Part shown: positions 38,036 to 49,990 of the stretch, piece after piece | Layout: each line of letters begins with the position of its first letter | Position numbering within the stretch: position 1 is the stretch's first letter | From: Takakia lepidozioides | Lineage: Eukaryota; Plantae; Bryophyta | Reading direction: 5' to 3' | Length of the DNA stretch: 64,000 nucleotides | Assembly: GCA_030704615.1 (NCBI GenBank) | Contig: CM060731.1 | Coordinates: forward strand, 86,304,001-86,368,000 | Notes under the pieces: generated by a model | What the model was told of the DNA's origin: nothing | Databases searched by the model: none | Seen by the model: only the letters and a program-made list of their open reading frames with translations | Program-made: the position numbers and the translations under genes

Positions 38036-38607
38036 ATGTTGTGCCGTCGAAATCCTGTTGACTGCCCTTATCATGGCCACGATTATGCTATGTTCAAACC
38101 AGAATCAAGAGACATCATTGTCTGGCTCTCTGTTTTCACAGACGCTTCTGGAATCAAGCGGGAGTCTTTGCACGCAATGGAGTATTGGAGGGCTATTACT
38201 GCTTTGAGCGAGGTGAGGGCGAGGGTCAATGCGGTCCGTGGGTCCTGAAAATTGTTGACCTCGATATACCAAGGTGGAATGGGATGCCGGATAGATCACG
38301 CACGGCCTCACTTTGGCGCTGGAACTGCTGCCAGTGGACCAGGGAGGACGGCACCGGGGAAAACTATATTCGTGGAGTTCACTCCGCTCTTCCAGTGTAT
38401 GAAGACATTCGGCTGAGTTGCGAAGACGAATCGCACGGGCACATGAGGCCCACAGTGACCTTGTCAATGTATGATGGTGGTATGATTGATGGGCATGACA
38501 TTGTTGTCAGCTCCACCAAGTGCACCAAATCGACCGCATTGCATTTTACCTCGAGGTGCCGCATCAGTAGCTTGTTTTGGGCTATCGAAGTTCCGTCGAC
38601 TTGGTGA
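38036..38607 (+). pseudogene. Paralog of the 37291-37677 protein, with one frameshift near 38185
   Basis: MLCRRNPVDCPYHGHDYAMF..IIVW..TD / GYYCFERG..PWVLKIVD..WRWNCCQWT..GENY. Confidence 0.6.
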
Positions 38608-38885
38608 CGCCCATGTAGAAGGAGGAAGGGCTTAGATTTGTCTGGAGTTGCTAAATGTGAGACACTGTGTTCGATCAATAAACAACCCATCGTACCTCAC
38701 TTCTGTGTGCTTGTGTTTCATCGTGTTCAAGAACTGCCGTAATTGGCCCACTGTTTACAATTTGAGGTCTCATTTCTACAATGTGTCTGTCCATATGAAT
38801 ATACCAGAATCAGCGATATCAGAGTCCTGAGGTGAAGAAAATCCATGTATGAGTAAAAGGAAACAGTACACACGCCGAAGCTCAG

Positions 38886-39900
38886 AAATTAGGCACCGCA
38901 TTTCATTTTTCTCCATGCAGCGATTTTTGGCAGCTCCCTTTCCTCCGTTGTCGTCGTAACGGAAATGTTGTACAACATTTCATTTCCTGACATGGCATTA
39001 CCATACTTCGAATTGGAAATGCGGCGCCGCATTTCCATATTGGACCTTGAATTGTCCGAGCATGTCCAGTCGCTAATGCTTGTCCATGTCCATACTTAAA
39101 ATGCGGCACCGCATTTCCATGTCCGTCATCGAAATTTCATACCGGACAATGAAATGCGGCACCGCATTTCCGGAGAGCACAATGGAATGCGGTGCCGCAT
39201 TTCCGTCGAAGGGTCTGGAATTGGACAAACAACGATGTACGTTCTGGAAATGCGACACCGCATTTCCATGTCCGTCACCAAAATTTCGTATTGGACAATG
39301 GAATGCGGTGCCGCATTTCCGTCCAACAAGACGGAATGCCCACACGGGTCTGGATTTGGACAAACAACGATGTCTGTTTTGGAAATGCGGCGCCGCATTT
39401 CCATGTTGGGCAATCGAAAGTTTTTATAGGACTATGGAATGCGGTGCCGCATTTCCGTCAAAGGGTCTGGAATTGGACAAACAACGATGTCCGTTTTGGA
39501 AATGCGGCACCGCATTTCCATGTACGTCATCGAAATTTCTTATTGGACAATGGAATGCGGTGCCGCATTCCCGTCTAGCATCATGGAATGGGGAGCCGCA
39601 TTTCCGTCGATGGGTCTGCAGTTGGAAAAATGTCCATCTCCAAAATGTAAATGCGGCACCGCATTTCCATGTTCGACCTCCGCATTTCCATTTACCTCCA
39701 TGGAAGGAGCTGGCAATCGGCAAAACTGCCGTGTCGTGTCGTGTCGTGTCGCAATCGGCCGAACAGTTTCTGATGTCCAAACCATGAAACGGAAAATTGT
39801 TCTTGCCCCGGTTTTGGAAATGCAGTGCCGCATTTCCAAAGGAGGTTTTTGCAGTTGCCACATTTCCGTTCCGACATTGAAATGCGGTGCCGCATTTCTG
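38886..39900. repeat. Array of ~15 type-A palindromes GGAAATGCGGYRCCGCATTTCC within a higher-order tandem repeat
   Basis: Perfect 22-bp palindrome at 39015-39036 and 39381-39402; the intervening segments are themselves repeated (e.g. TTGGACAAACAACGATGT three times). Confidence 0.92.
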
Positions 39901-40035
39901 ATTTTGGGAGGGACCAGGTTTGGACGATGTTGTCGTTGAGAAGCACGTGGGAGAGGGGACATGAAGGACGGGGAGAATTTCCTTTATATACTCTGGAATA
40001 GAATTTAAATGTACAGAAAGTTCATTAAAATTCTA

Positions 40036-43000
40036 TTAATCTTGAAAATCATCACTATCGTCGTCCTGTCCTTGACTGTCGTGCTCCGCCTCCACCCCGT
40101 CATTGCCTTTCTCATCTCCAGCGGAATGCTCGTTGGCCAGGCTTTCGAAAATCCTATCTTCACCTTGCGGAACCGACCATCTCACCTCCGTTGGCTCGTC
40201 CTCCTCCCTGTCTGCATCGCTCTCATCCACTGAATCACATATGAACTTTCGCACCCATCTACCTGTCTCAACTGTTGCCAACTCTTTCCTTATCCTTCTG
40301 TCCTCCCTAGCCCTCTCCAAAATCTGCTCTACTTTACTGGGATTCTCACATCGTCTAATCGCTGTATTTGCGAGTTTAGCTGCATAACTAGGAAGAGAGT
40401 AGTCCTTCACCGGGTTCGTCATGAAGTCGCCCCTCGCAAAGAACGGGACATTCTTCCTGGCAGGAAGTGTAGGCCCTACATGTTTCGACCCGGATCCTGG
40501 AATCCTGCACATAACAATCACCAACGAGACCAATGAGAACCACAGTCCCGGAAATGCGTTTGACAAAAAATCACCCAGAAGGCTTTGCAAACTTACAATG
40601 TTTGCACTCACTCGTATTCCGGGTTCTCCTCGGCATCAATGTCCACTGTCTCTTCCTCCGACTCCGACGAATCCGAGGAGTCTTTGGCTTCGATGGGAGC
40701 CTTCACATTCCGTTGCAGCCCTTCCAGATGGGATCCCGAGACAGATGTGTCCTCCTCGTAGGCAAAGAGGTGTCGGTCGGAAAACCGCCCAGCCCACATT
40801 GAGGCACCTGTTACAATGCCATCCACACATTATGACATGGCCCTTCAGATGTTGCGAATTAAAGCATAACGAGAATTTGTAGAACAACATAGAACAAGAT
40901 TCTGCATACCTGTCCCACAGATGAGGTCGAGCACTGTGCCCTCCACGTCAGTGCATGTCTCCATAATTGTCTGAATGAAGGCAGGGCTCCGAGTCCGTGA
41001 ATACCGCAAGGGTTCCGTTGAAGTGAGGCTATGAGGGAGAAGTTCCGTGGGAACGTTGTTGAACAGGACGTCGTAATCGATGGGGTCGCAGTTCGGGTCA
41101 ACCAACAATCCCTCCTTCCGGAAAGCAAAGGTGGAGTTCTCCTTCACAAAGCAGTATGCATCAAACTGCTTCGTCTGCATACACAGTGGGGAATGATTAG
41201 AAATCGAATGCGGCACCGCATTTCAAAACTCCTAAGAAAATGAAAGGACGAGTGCCAATGTCGTAATTACCTTCTTCCCTTCCGACCGAAGGCCCAATGT
41301 GTTGATGCACGTCCACTTCTTCTTCAGAATTGGGACGGCGCTCTTGCGGGTCCACTTCGCAATTCCTGTCTGCGTGTTTTTGCCTCTGCTCGCCAGGACA
41401 ACCACACAGCCTCTGTCGTCCAACACCATGCGGGCGAGCCCGAATCCTTTCTTCCAAAAGTCCTCGGAGTACCTATTCCAAGATGGCAAAGCTTGCAGTC
41501 CTTCCACAGGCTCTCCGTCCGGAATATCCAAGATGATCATATCGCAAGACCACTCGGTGGCATTTCCGCCCCTCCTGCAATCCTTGTCTGCACACACCCT
41601 CTCAAAGAACGAGACCATCTTCAGAAACCCAGGGGTGTCGGAAGGCTCTTCGGCAGCCGCCTTCTTCAGTGCTCTGCCCTTCAGACCCTCCATGGTCTTC
41701 ATGTATGCCAACTTGGCTGCCGTCCATCCAAAGCCACCAAAAACTCTCATTCACACATTGGACTACTGTATCGGGATCCACTTTCGGCCTCTTCATTTCC
41801 ACCGGCTCGAAAGGTGCCCCCCCGGGGGGTTGAAGAGTGCCTTCTTTGCCGAGCCAGTTCTCGTCCCTCTCGTGACAACGGTGGGCACAGGGGATTTCGG
41901 CTGCGTTTCGGGGGTGGGCTGGTTGCAAAGTCTCCATCGGAGTCCTCTTCCTCACCCTCTACCTGCACTATCTGTTTCTGCTTCTTCGTTTTCTTGGGTG
42001 TCACAACTGCTGCTCCTTGCTGGCGAGTCCGCTTCTTGACCCCTTCTGTTGAGCCTGCACAGCTGCATCCATCCACCGTCTTCTGTGCCATCTCAGCTGC
42101 CTTTCTGGATTGTTCCAGAGCAGCAGCTTCCTTTGCCGACTCTGGCCGAGCAGGGACACGTCTTTCCTTTCTCTTCTCTCTGCTTTTGCGTGCAGATCTT
42201 TCTCAAACTCGTCAACAATTCCGTCAGACATGTCCAGGTACCACGGGCATCCAACTAGATGCGCGGCATGCCATTTTCTGCATCTCGGGTGTGTAGACAC
42301 AGCTTGGGCCCGCCACGGTCCAAGCCATGAAGAACGGGGGCTCTTGAGCCAGGGCCCCTGTCTGAAGAAGCACGTATTTCATATACCTGCAGGGCAGTCA
42401 GCATGCGTGAGCAAAAGTTGAGACCAACGTACTCGCAGAGTGCAACCGAAAACTAAAATGCGAATGCGGTGCCGCATTTCCCAGACAAACCTCATAACCA
42501 GGCTTCGCATACAAGGGCAGCTGGGCTTCACCTGTAAACAATTTGCATTGCAGCTTCCCACTCCCTCCTGATGTGTAAACTCCACGCTCCTTCTTGCTGT
42601 CTGCAGCTCCCTGGCGAAGAGGTTGTCCTTGTACGCACATCTGAAACGTGTTACGTAGTCTTCCAATGTCTGTGTTCCATCCCATTTGACGTACAAGCCA
42701 AACAAATTTGTATGCATTACGACTTGCTCCTTCGCATTCGTCATTACCTGCGATTCCCACATGCATTGTACGTAGCAGTTCAGGGAATTCATTTCAGAAA
42801 AGCAAATCTGGGGAAGTACCTGAATTACCTGGAACCACCAAGTCATGCGGTTGAGCCACACATCCACTGCAGGGTCGGAAACTTCGAGTGGAAAAGACCA
42901 CATTGTCCTTATACTCTCCGATGCATTCCAGATCGACAGCCACCGTGTCTGCCATTTCCGATCCAATGTCAGGAGCAGAAGAAGAGTGGCTATTGCTAGG

Positions 43001-43950
43001 AAGGAACTTCAGTGCATTGAAACATCACCTTCTCTTTCGCTTCAACACATGCCGTTGAGAGGTGATGCAGTTTCTCCAACTGCATGGTCGGCTGCATGGC
43101 CCGAGAATAGTGTTTTGCAATCTCGGGGATGAAGTCCTTTCCAAGTGCCGGATCTGCAATGGCCACCAGCTTCACAAGCTTTGACTTGTATTTCGTTCTG
43201 GACTTGACCCCGGCTTCCTTCAAGTGCTCAGTCAATGACTGCAACATTTTGACCTGCCCTCACTTTCCATGAAGAAGCGTTTGGCATGGGCCAAATCCAG
43301 CTTGATGTTTGACTGCCAACAAAAACATGCAGAAGCGTTACATTCGATTCATGTGGAAAGATTACTGAAAATGGGGAAGGATGAGTAGAGGGAAATGGGA
43401 GGACGACTTACTTCATATATCACCTCCACCATTCCATCCATAGTGAGACGATACCATGTCCGGTCAGTTTTTGCCACGACTTTCTGAATGAGCTCGGGCT
43501 CCAGCATTTCCGCAAACATGTACGGATCAGTGAGACCAGTTTTCCTCACCCTATACAGCATATGTGCCATGTGGGTATGCACGTACGCATTTTCAGTGAC
43601 CCTGCAAGGCACACTCTCCAGTTCAGTCCACGAAAGCACGGACACAAAACAGATTGGAAACCGAAATATGCGGCACCGCATTTCGAACGTGCTTGGGAGG
43701 GTATGAGTATCTTACGAGTTGAGGTCCGCCATGGCATTCTTGAGCAGGGAGGAGTCTGCCGCCTTCACCTTGAGGATGACACACTCCACCATGTAATGCC
43801 AGCCAATGTGCTTGGCATGGTTCTGCTTGATGTACTCCCACCAGGCAAGAAGTCGGTGATTCCCATCCCACACAAAGAACATTTTACCCGACATATGGCC
43901 GAAGTCTGGATCACCCTTCAGCGTTGCCTCGAATTCGTCATTGCGGGCAT
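40036..43950 (-). pseudogene. Spliced gene: ParB/Srx-like domain, helical region and beta-class amino (N6A/N4C) DNA methyltransferase fold; 5'-truncated and frameshifted
   Basis: VWDGNHRLLAW (~43840-43875); motif-IV-like DMIILDIPDG (41514-41543); motif X/I RSPAFIQTIMETCTDVEGTVLDLICGTG spliced (intron 40808-40909) to ASMWAGRFSDRHLFAYEED (motif II); GT-AG introns. Confidence 0.75.
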
Positions 43951-44119
43951 AACGGTCCCCCCTTGCTCCTCCACGAGGCCCTCACACACTTTGGTGCAAA
44001 AGCACTGCACACCCTTTCTGCCCATTGAAAAACACCGAATTCGGGACCCCATCAAGCTCATAGAGAAGGTTCCATGGAATATTGAAGTGGGTAGAGAAGA
44101 ATGCACAAACGGTTGGGTA

Positions 44120-44800
44120 GGAATGGAGGCTGCTGTTTGGGGTTCACAACAATGTAGGAAAGTGGTGTGCGGCACCGCACACGATCTCTACAGTACTGAC
44201 CCATCTGTCGAAACATTGCAAGGGAAGATGCAGAGAGTGGTTGTCGAGAACCCACCTGTAGAGACAGAGGAGGTCTAGATGGAGGACATGGAGGAAGATG
44301 TGGAGGATGCATACTATGAAAGCAAGGCCGCGCAGGTGATGGGGGCTGTTGTTTGGGGTTCACAACAATGTAGGAAAGTGGTGTGGTGTGGTTGGTTGGA
44401 AAAACGGTGTGCGGTGCCGCACACCATCGTGCCTGACCCCATTTCCAAATGCTTCGAAGCACACCATTTCTGCTATGTATTCAATCCATTTCAAGTACCC
44501 TCCATGCTTTCTGTTGCTGTTTGAAGAGACCTCAAAAAGAGCCTTTCCGGGTGGGGCAGAACATCGTCAAAAGCTGGAATGGTACCCAATATTGTCAGTC
44601 TGAACACATCGCTGATGAACATGTATGCGAAATGTGGGTGCTTCAAAGCACACCATTTCTGCTATGTATGCAATCCCTTTCAATTACCCTCCATGCTTTC
44701 TGTTGCTGTCTGAAGAGACCTCAAAAAAAGCCTTTTGGATGGGGCAGAAACGGTGTGCTTCGAAGCACACCATTTCTACTATGTATTGAATGCCTTTGAA
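44120..44800. repeat. Local tandem duplications with type-C palindromes (GTGTGCGGYRCCGCACAC) and GTGCTTCGAAGCAC
   Basis: TGTTTGGGGTTCACAACAATGTAGGAAAGTGGTGTG twice; GCTTCRAAGCACACCATTTCT three times. Confidence 0.8.
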
Positions 44801-46010
44801 GATGGTGAATTCTTTATCATCTTGTATGCAATATGCATCATAGGTCGGCGGTTTACAGTCCTACCTATTCATTGAAGCCATGGGGTCTTCTTACATAATG
44901 GGGTCTAACTTCATCATACTGTACATGCCTATTCCCACGGATATAGGTCCAATGGGAATACCCTTTCTTCGACCGCCCGTCCTCTGGCATCTGTTGACGT
45001 GGCCTCCACTCAGGCTGACGTGGCATGGGCGTGGGCTCACGCCACGTCACAGTGCGTTAGCCTGCGCTCACACCACGTCAGCCCCGCGTGAGCGTGCGCT
45101 CATCGCTCATGCCGTAGCGTCGCTCCTAGGATTGCACCATAGATGAGGCAAGCCCTAGCTGATGTTAGCCCAAGGGTGTAAGCACTTAATATAAATCAAC
45201 CCCATTGGAGTGTTGATATTTTTCACCTAGTTGTGTACTCCATTGAGTGTGTAATCTGATCCTACGTGCCTTAATCCTTCAGTAACTTCGTGCTAAACTC
45301 ATGGCAATACATGAAGCGCTCACCCACCTTGACTAATTCTCCCATCTACACTACATTTTCACTAACAGTCTCACCTCCTTATTTCTCATCCACAACCATA
45401 TTGGCAGCCCCTCCTCACACGGTCATCACCCGCACCACTTTCTCATCCAAGCCATCATCAACCAAGCAACCTCCATTTGCCAAGCCATACACTTCATTAA
45501 AGTCGCTTAAAATGAAATGAAGCAGCATAACATCTCGCCATGGAAGGGGCATCCAATCTATCGATTGATCCCACCACAGACCGCATACACATTACACACA
45601 TGTATACACACCATTTATGGCTCACATACAACACCCCGAACCTTTTTGAAGGGATGCTTAAGCGTGAGCCTGTCTAAGCGTGAGCCTGATTAAGAGGGCC
45701 TAATATCGCGGAAGACAGATCCATAACTACGCAAATAGGCCCCACATATGGGAGGGCAACACCAAAGAAATAGAGAAACGGAACCCAAATTGCAACATTG
45801 AAGAACCTAAAATTGCTAGCAAGTTAAAAAACAAGCAGGAGAAAAAAACAAGTGAAGTTGAGGAATACAATTGCAAGATTGGGATTGACCCCTAAACGAC
45901 GACGCGACCCGAATCGGGTCGCGTCAGTCGTCTGCCACGATCCAGCTTTTATGGATGGTAGTGGATGGAAGTGATTCATGAAAGTAAAGCGAGGGGGTTA
46001 GGGAGAAGCA

Positions 46011-47611
46011 TGCAAGTTGGTGGCAATGAAGGCATTCTCAGTCACCCTGCAATGCCACATTTCCATTAAACAATACAGAAATGATAATTTGCAACAAATA
46101 TGACGATTGGCAATGAAATGACTGTTTCAAATTCAAAGTTCCAAAGCAAGAAGCATTGTAACTTACGAGATGATGTCTGCCATTGCCGCTTTGAGAAGAC
46201 TACGATCTTTGGGCCCCGCAACCTTGAGCACAACACACTCCACGGCGAAATGCCAATCCAGGTCGTTGGGGTGGGCTTGGGCTATGTACTCCATCCATGC
46301 CAGGAGGCGATGATTGCCGTCCCACACGTAAAACATCTTTCCGGACAAGTGCTGGAAAAGAGGATCAGTAGCAATCAATCTCTCGAACTCCTCATTTCGC
46401 CTTTGCCAATGGGGACCCCATTTGTCCACCTCATCGGAAGTATGGGCACGAGAAGCTCCATGGTTGTTCTCCATGGAAACGTAAAACGCGGCAGACCCCA
46501 TTCAATATCCCTCCCGGAAAGAGAATTTCAGCTTGTCGATATCGCCTGGGAGGGCAGGTCTCACCACCTACAATGAAACCAAGCGGCAAAGGGGAATCCA
46601 AAGCTTGGTCGGGTACACCATGCCCCCCAGGACCCTGCCAATGTTGCTGTGGGTTGCCTCCAACATCTTGGCAGCAGCCAACTTCATATCCGCCTCCGAC
46701 ATGACGTCTGTTGCAGGGGGGTTCTCCGGCAGCCCACCCGGACCGCCAAATCCAGCCTGTATGCTGCGGGTTTGGGGCCTGGGGATGTCCGGGAGGATGT
46801 CATCCTGGTCAGAAAGTTCCCTCTCGTCGTCCTCAACATGGTCATCCTCCGGCGGAAGCACCTGGAGCACTCTCTCCGTCTCTACTGCCCTCTCCCCGGC
46901 TTCACCTCGAACTTGCACAATCCGTGCTTTTTGTGGTGTTCTTTCACCTCCTCCAGTCTCCACCGTATGGGTAATTGCGGGGGCTGCTCCTGCCCGCGAT
47001 GGTGTAACCGGTGTGTTACTGCCTCTTTGTGGTGTCTTGGAGGGATCCACCGTCTCTGTGCATCCCTCGCTTACATGGGCATCTGTCATTTTGACACCCC
47101 TGGCCTCTTTAGTGGCCTTTTCTCTTGCCTCCTGGCTAGCCTTCTGTCTCGCCTGTTCTTTTGCCCTCTCTTTTGCCCTCTCACGGGTCTTCTGTTTCTT
47201 ACTAGGGGTAGCAGCAGGGGAGGCCTCCAGGACGACCACCTTTGATTGAGGCGAACTGACACCCTCGCGCGCCGTGCTCACTCCCCCCTCCGCAGCCCGT
47301 GACGGCTCTCTCGCCGGGGATTGCATGTGCTTGGCTTTCTTCTTCTTCTTTGCGTGGGCAGGCCCTATTGCATGTGCATCAACATCCTCCATTGCCGGAT
47401 CTGTTGTCCTCATCCGACGCCCTTCACCTGCCATGCCGCCTGCACCAACCTCCCCAATGCCTATTCTGTCGTACTCTCGCTGCAGGTCCTCCCGTCCACC
47501 AACAAAAGGTTTTAGTTTGCCCTCCCGCCCCAAGTTGGGTGATCCAAACATGCGATGAGTAGCGGCTTTTGGAGTCACTGCTCGAGCAGTTGGAGCTGTC
47601 GATGATACCAC
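46011..47611 (-). pseudogene. Second ParB/Srx-like gene copy (5' part only), with two in-frame stops
   Basis: One frame reads PLCRLVSL*VVRPALPGDIDKLKFSFREGY*MGSAAFYVS...MFYVWDGNHRLLAW...AMADIIS, then an intron at the same position as in copy 1, then RVTENAF; truncated at ~46011. Confidence 0.78.
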
Positions 47612-47819
47612 CAGCGTGTCGGGCTCGTTGTCACTCTGTCATCCCCAAAAATCGTGAGAACCAACATCGGAATGAAAACCACCATCGCAACGAGCAGCGC
47701 AACCACCATCGCAACAATCATGGAACAACAATGAAAACAAAACAAAACCAAGTATGGAGTGGCATGGAACAACAATGAAAAAAAAATCCAACCAATGCCT
47801 AAGAATGACATGCACAAGC

Positions 47820-48050
47820 AGCCTTCTCCAAAGCTGCCGCCTTTGCACACGCATTGCAAACTATCTAAGGTTCACTCAACCAGTAACTTGCAGAAATCAA
47901 CATGAAACACGATGAACAAATGAACACGAATTCCATAAGACGGGAAAACGGGGTGAAATGTTTTGAAGGCACTTCATCTGCTCAGACAATCTTCTCAGCT
48001 CAGCATGGATTTCCTTAATTCCGAGATGCAACCTGTTATCTACAGCGAGG
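47820..48050 (-). pseudogene. Captured PPR fragment (E+/DYW-like and PLS-motif pieces)
   Basis: EIHAELRRLSEQMK (E+-like) and KGGSFGEG (KCGSxEEA-like); 47857-47907 closely matches 63218-63268 and the reverse complement of ~54510-54560. Confidence 0.5.
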
Positions 48051-48679
48051 CGTGCACCCTGTTCTGGCAAGCAATCTGATTGCAGCAACGACCTGGCTCC
48101 TTTCTAACCACTCTGACCTTGATCATTCTTCTCAACAACTCGTGCTTTTGCGATGCAACCATGCGCTTCCAGGGCTGCCAGGCGGAAGATGTGAAAACAA
48201 ACTAAAAAAACGAAGAAAACCGAAAGAGGAAGGGGCAGAACCTGAGAGTGCTCGGCTTCAGTTGGCGCGGGCTGTGAGCAAGACAATGGAATTTCCTGCT
48301 CGAGCTTAAGTTTGGCCATGCGAGAGGTTGGACGTCGCCCGTAGTACAAAGCCTTCAACTTCCGCCACGGTCTGGATGTGGGGTTTCTCTCAGGAGAGCC
48401 ACACCCTTCTCCATGCGGCATAAGTCCCAGCAAAAGAAAAAAGATCTTGCAGTATGTGTGCGTACATGCCTCGAATAGAAGTTCATCCAAGTTTAGCATC
48501 AGGTTTCCAAGGCGTATCCGGGAAGCAAGCGCGGAATCCCTGTGTCGCCAGCCCGGTTCAAAACCGACGACGGAGGACATTTAATGCGCAACTACGCCAT
48601 TAAATGTCGTAGGTATGGAGGTCGGTCACAGGCGCCCCCCCCCCCCCCCCCCCCCCCGAGACTTCGTCAATCGCCCGCT

Positions 48680-49990
48680 GGATGGAAAAAAACGGCGCCG
48701 AATTTCCATCCAGCGGATGAAGTATGACGCAACGAGGCCATCCCTCCGCCCGAGCTGTTCTCATCCAGGAGACGCCGGATGGAAATGCGGCGCCGAATTT
48801 CCATCCCAGAGGTAATTTGGAGCGCGGCCGGATGGAAAAACGGCGCCGAATTTCCATCCCACAGGTAACACGGAGAGAAGCCGGATGGGAAACCGGCGCC
48901 GAATTTCCATCCTGCAAGTAATTCGGTCCACCTCATCGATGGAAAACCGGCAACGAATTTGTCTTTAGCGGACCAGAATGGTGGGAATAACGTGCCAAAT
49001 GTGGCCTGTAGGCAAAAAAACGCCAAGTTTAGTGTGTAACCAGACAAAAAAACGCGAAAAACTTGATGCAACGACTAAAAATTGTTGAAGAAGTGCCGAT
49101 ACGGGCTTCATTCAACGGGCCTCGGATGGAAATTCGGCGCCGAATTTCCATCCGGGGGATGTTCTCTGTCGGCCATGTGTCGGCCTCTCCCCCCGAGACG
49201 ACTTCATCCAACAGGCCTCGGATGGAAATTCGGCGCCGAATTTCCATCCGGGGGATGTTCTCTGTCAGCCAGGTCTCGGCCTCTCCCCCCGAGACGACTT
49301 CATCCAACGGGCCTCGGATGGAAATTCGGCGCCGTTTTTCCATCCGGGGGATGTTCTCTGTCGGCCATGTGTCGGCCTCTCCCCCCGAGACGACTTCATC
49401 CAACGGGCCACGGATGGAAATTCGGTGCCGTTTTTCCATCTGGTGGATGTTCTCAATCGGCCAGGTGTCAGCCTATCCCCCTGAGACGACTTCATCCAAG
49501 GGGCCTTGGATGGAAATTCGGCGCCGAATTTCCATCCGGGGGATGTTCTCTGTCAGCCCAGGTGTCGGCCTCTCCCCCCGAGACGACTTCATCCAACGGG
49601 CCTGGGATGGAAATTCGGCGCCGTTTTTCCATCCGGGGGATGTTCTCTATCGGCCATGTGTCGGCCTCTCCCCCCGAGATGACTTCATCCAACGGGCCTC
49701 GGATGGAAATTCGGTGCCGTTTTTCCATCCGGGGGATGTTCTCTGTCGGCCAGGTGTCGGCCTCTCCCCTCGAGACGACTTCATCCGGCCGGCTCGAATG
49801 GAAAAACGGCGCCGAATTTCCATCCGGGGGATGATCTCAGTTGGGCAGGTGTCGACCTCCCCCCCCCCGAGACGACTTCACCAACGGGCCTCGGATGGAA
49901 ATTTGGCGCCGTTTTTCCATCCGGGGGATGTTCTCTATTGGCCAGGTGTCGGCCTCTCCCCCCGAGACGACTTCATCCAACGGGCCTCGG
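48680..49990. repeat. Type-B palindrome array (GATGGAAATTCGGCGCCGAATTTCCATC), including ~9 tandem 96-bp units at ~49117-49990
   Basis: The 96-bp period shows up as the 32-aa repeat MEIRRRISIRG...NGPR in the ORF track; about 4 more copies lie at 48680-48910. Confidence 0.93.

Noticed and set aside
38886-39900. CRISPR-like array (palindromic repeat with short intervening segments)
   Set aside because: The intervening segments are irregular in length and are themselves repeated. There are no cas genes and the context is eukaryotic, so this is a higher-order tandem repeat.
45896-45945. Helitron 3' end at the GC hairpin
   Set aside because: No CTRR terminus at the expected distance on either strand.
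40036-47611. Bacterial or phage contamination as the source of the ParB-MTase
   Set aside because: The gene has multiple GT-AG introns, one shared between the two paralogs, and is interleaved with plant transposon and PPR sequence.
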